Below are positions 48,300 through 50,029 of a stretch of 50,029 bases of DNA, in pieces; position 1 is the first letter of the stretch; every line of letters starts with the position of its first letter. The DNA lies in assembly GCF_006345805.1 (NCBI RefSeq), contig NW_021834242.1, forward strand, positions 1-50,029, read 5' to 3'. Below the pieces are notes generated by a model. The model was not told where the DNA came from, did no database searches, and saw only the letters and a list, made by a program, of their open reading frames with translations. The position numbers and the translations under genes were made by a program. This DNA comes from Octopus sinensis. Its lineage: Eukaryota.

Positions 48300-49210
48300 G
48301 TGTGTGAGGGACTGTTTTTATTTATGTGAATGTGGGTATTTTCATTTCAGTGTTTGTGTGTGTGAGAGAGTTTTTATTTCTGTGAGCGACTGAGTGTTTC
48401 TATTTGTTTGTGTGTGTGCGACATTTACAACTACAACAAACACTTTGACCATTGCTAAGATACCCACATTTGAGATCACTAACTACTAAATCAAAATAAG
48501 TTCAATTTATTGCACCTTTAGTGACTTGAGATGTTGCTCATATTTTTCTCATGTGTCGACAATGTATTAATTTCACAAGTGGATAAAATAAATTCTCATA
48601 CTGGCGTGGAGGGGGCTGATATTCTAACTGCGAGTGGAAAGCACCCAATGCCCCTTTACATTCTGAATAAATTGTATGTTTGTGCTGGTTAGGGTTTTAT
48701 GTGTGAGTGTGTAACTGCGTTTTTATTCTGTGTGTGGGTGGGTGCGTATTTGGGTGTGAGTGTTTGGATGTGTAACTGTATTTTTCATTTCTATTTGTGT
48801 GTGTTTGTGCATGTGTAGGTATGTAACTGTTTTCGTTTCAGTGTTTGTGTGAATATGTAGCTGTGTATTTTCATTTCTTTGTGTTTGTGTGCGTGGGACT
48901 GTTTTTATTTGTGTGTGTGTTTGTGTACGTGGGACTGTTTTTATTTGTGTGTGTGTGAAAGTGTGTGTTGGCATTTTCATTTCAGTGTTTGTGTTTGTGT
49001 GAATGTTTTTATTTCTGTGTGTACGTGTGTGTGATCGACTGTGTTTTTATTCGTTTGTGTGTGTGCGACAATTACAGCTACAAGAAACACTTTAAGCATC
49101 TCTAAGATACCCACATTTGCAGATCCCTAAGTTCTAAATGAAACGAAGTTCAATTTCTTGCACCTTTAGCAACTTCAGATTTGCGAGTGTTAGGCACCCA
49201 ATGCCCACCG
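48300..49210 (+). repeat. Diverged ~645-bp dimer with TG-rich subrepeats
   Basis: gtgtgtgcgaca.ttaca.ctacaa.aaacacttt...ctaagatacccacatttg...aagttcaattt.ttgcacctttag at ~48412 and ~49058; gcacccaatgccc follows in both. Confidence 0.85.
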
Positions 49211-49214
49211 TATC

Positions 49215-49450
49215 TACATACCTGGATCGGCCATAATTGGCCTCATTCGAAGATCTCTCGGGTGTAGAATATTTATGACTATAGAAGTTAACTTGTTACA
49301 GGTTTTGTTTATGGCTCAACTTTTGTAGATTTTGGGAAGTTCATAGATGTTACTGGCTTTGCAGTGAAATCTAGTCAAGCAATTTGTCTCTTTTTTTGTT
49401 AAACCGTGTTGGAACTGGTGGATAAGAGTAGACAGTTTGGTCATTATCTT
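49215..49450 (-). pseudogene. Penelope-like RT N-terminal remnant (PLE4), not in the ORF track
   Basis: Manual translation ETNCLTRFHCKASNIYELPKIYKS*AINK...HPRDLRMRPIMADP matches the PLE pattern YGLPKIHK...RPIV. Confidence 0.7.
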
Positions 49451-49499
49451 CGATTGACTGTAGTTGTTGATGTTTTAACCGATACAGGTGTGTTTACTC

Positions 49500-49605
49500 C
49501 CTGTATTTTAGCGGTTTGGCAAAAGAGAATAAGTTAGAATAAATAATAGGCTTATAAAGAATAAGTGCTGCAGACGATGTGCTAGACTAAAGGCGGCGTT
49601 CCAGT
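49500..49605 (+). mobile_element. Degenerate SINE family 1
   Basis: gcggtttggcaaaagaga..agaataaataataggcttataaagaataagt..gactaaaggcggcgttccag. Confidence 0.7.
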
Positions 49606-49964
49606 ATATATATATAATATGTATATATTACACATACAGATATACGTGTATATACCCCACACGCATATATCCTATCTAAAACAAAAAGAACTTGATTATG
49701 TCCGAAGAGTAGTACTAGATAACATTATACTTTATATATTTGGGTATAGTGAAATGTAAATGATCAGCTAGTCAATGTTTATTTGTTAAAGGTACCAGCA
49801 GATTACTTGTATGTGTCTCTGTTGGTGTGCGCATGGTAGTGTCTCCTTTCACAGGCGTAAAACGGACACACCTATTACAGAAATGCAACATGAAAGGTAT
49901 TATATGACGTTTAGGAGATATTTTCAGCTATCCCCCTAGTGAACAGGTTATAGACTTTTGTCGC

Positions 49965-50029
49965 TATTTACTCTTTTACTCTCATTTACTTGTTTCAGTC
50001 ATTTAACTGTGGCCATGCTGGAACAACAC
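49965..50029 (-). mobile_element. SINE family 1 terminus (runs off the window)
   Basis: tttacttgtttcagtcatttaactgtggccatgctggaaca. Confidence 0.8.

Overview
Eukaryotic, AT-rich, almost entirely repeat-derived DNA. The repeat repertoire suggests a coleoid cephalopod such as Octopus, which is an inference. I found no convincing host protein-coding exon, rRNA, tRNA gene or CRISPR array. Layout: (1) 0.1-12.1 kb, a nest of R4/Dong-type non-LTR retrotransposons (RT plus C-terminal CCHC/PD-(D/E)xK endonuclease) from three families, all inserted in (TAA)n microsatellite. (2) 13.5-26.9 kb, CR1/L2-type and RTE LINE fragments, a ~120-bp tandem array, and a ~57-copy 87-bp satellite. Each satellite monomer carries a GAAA-capped hairpin, and the array is interrupted by three LINE insertions and ended by a fourth. 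(3) 27.0-30.4 kb, a near full-length Penelope-like element (PLE) with a minimal type I hammerhead ribozyme at its 3' terminus. (4) 33.7-35.8 kb, a second PLE fragment bracketed by ~435-bp near-perfect inverted repeats containing duplicated E2F/CCAAT/E-box-like modules. (5) 37.7-50 kb, decayed RTE, Tc1, an internally deleted Ty3/gypsy element with both LTRs, two more PLE remnants, a Helitron-like 5' end and many SINEs. The best candidates for follow-up are the PLE hammerhead, the hairpin satellite with its insertion hotspot, and the fold-back PLE. All coordinates were read by eye and may be off by a few bases.
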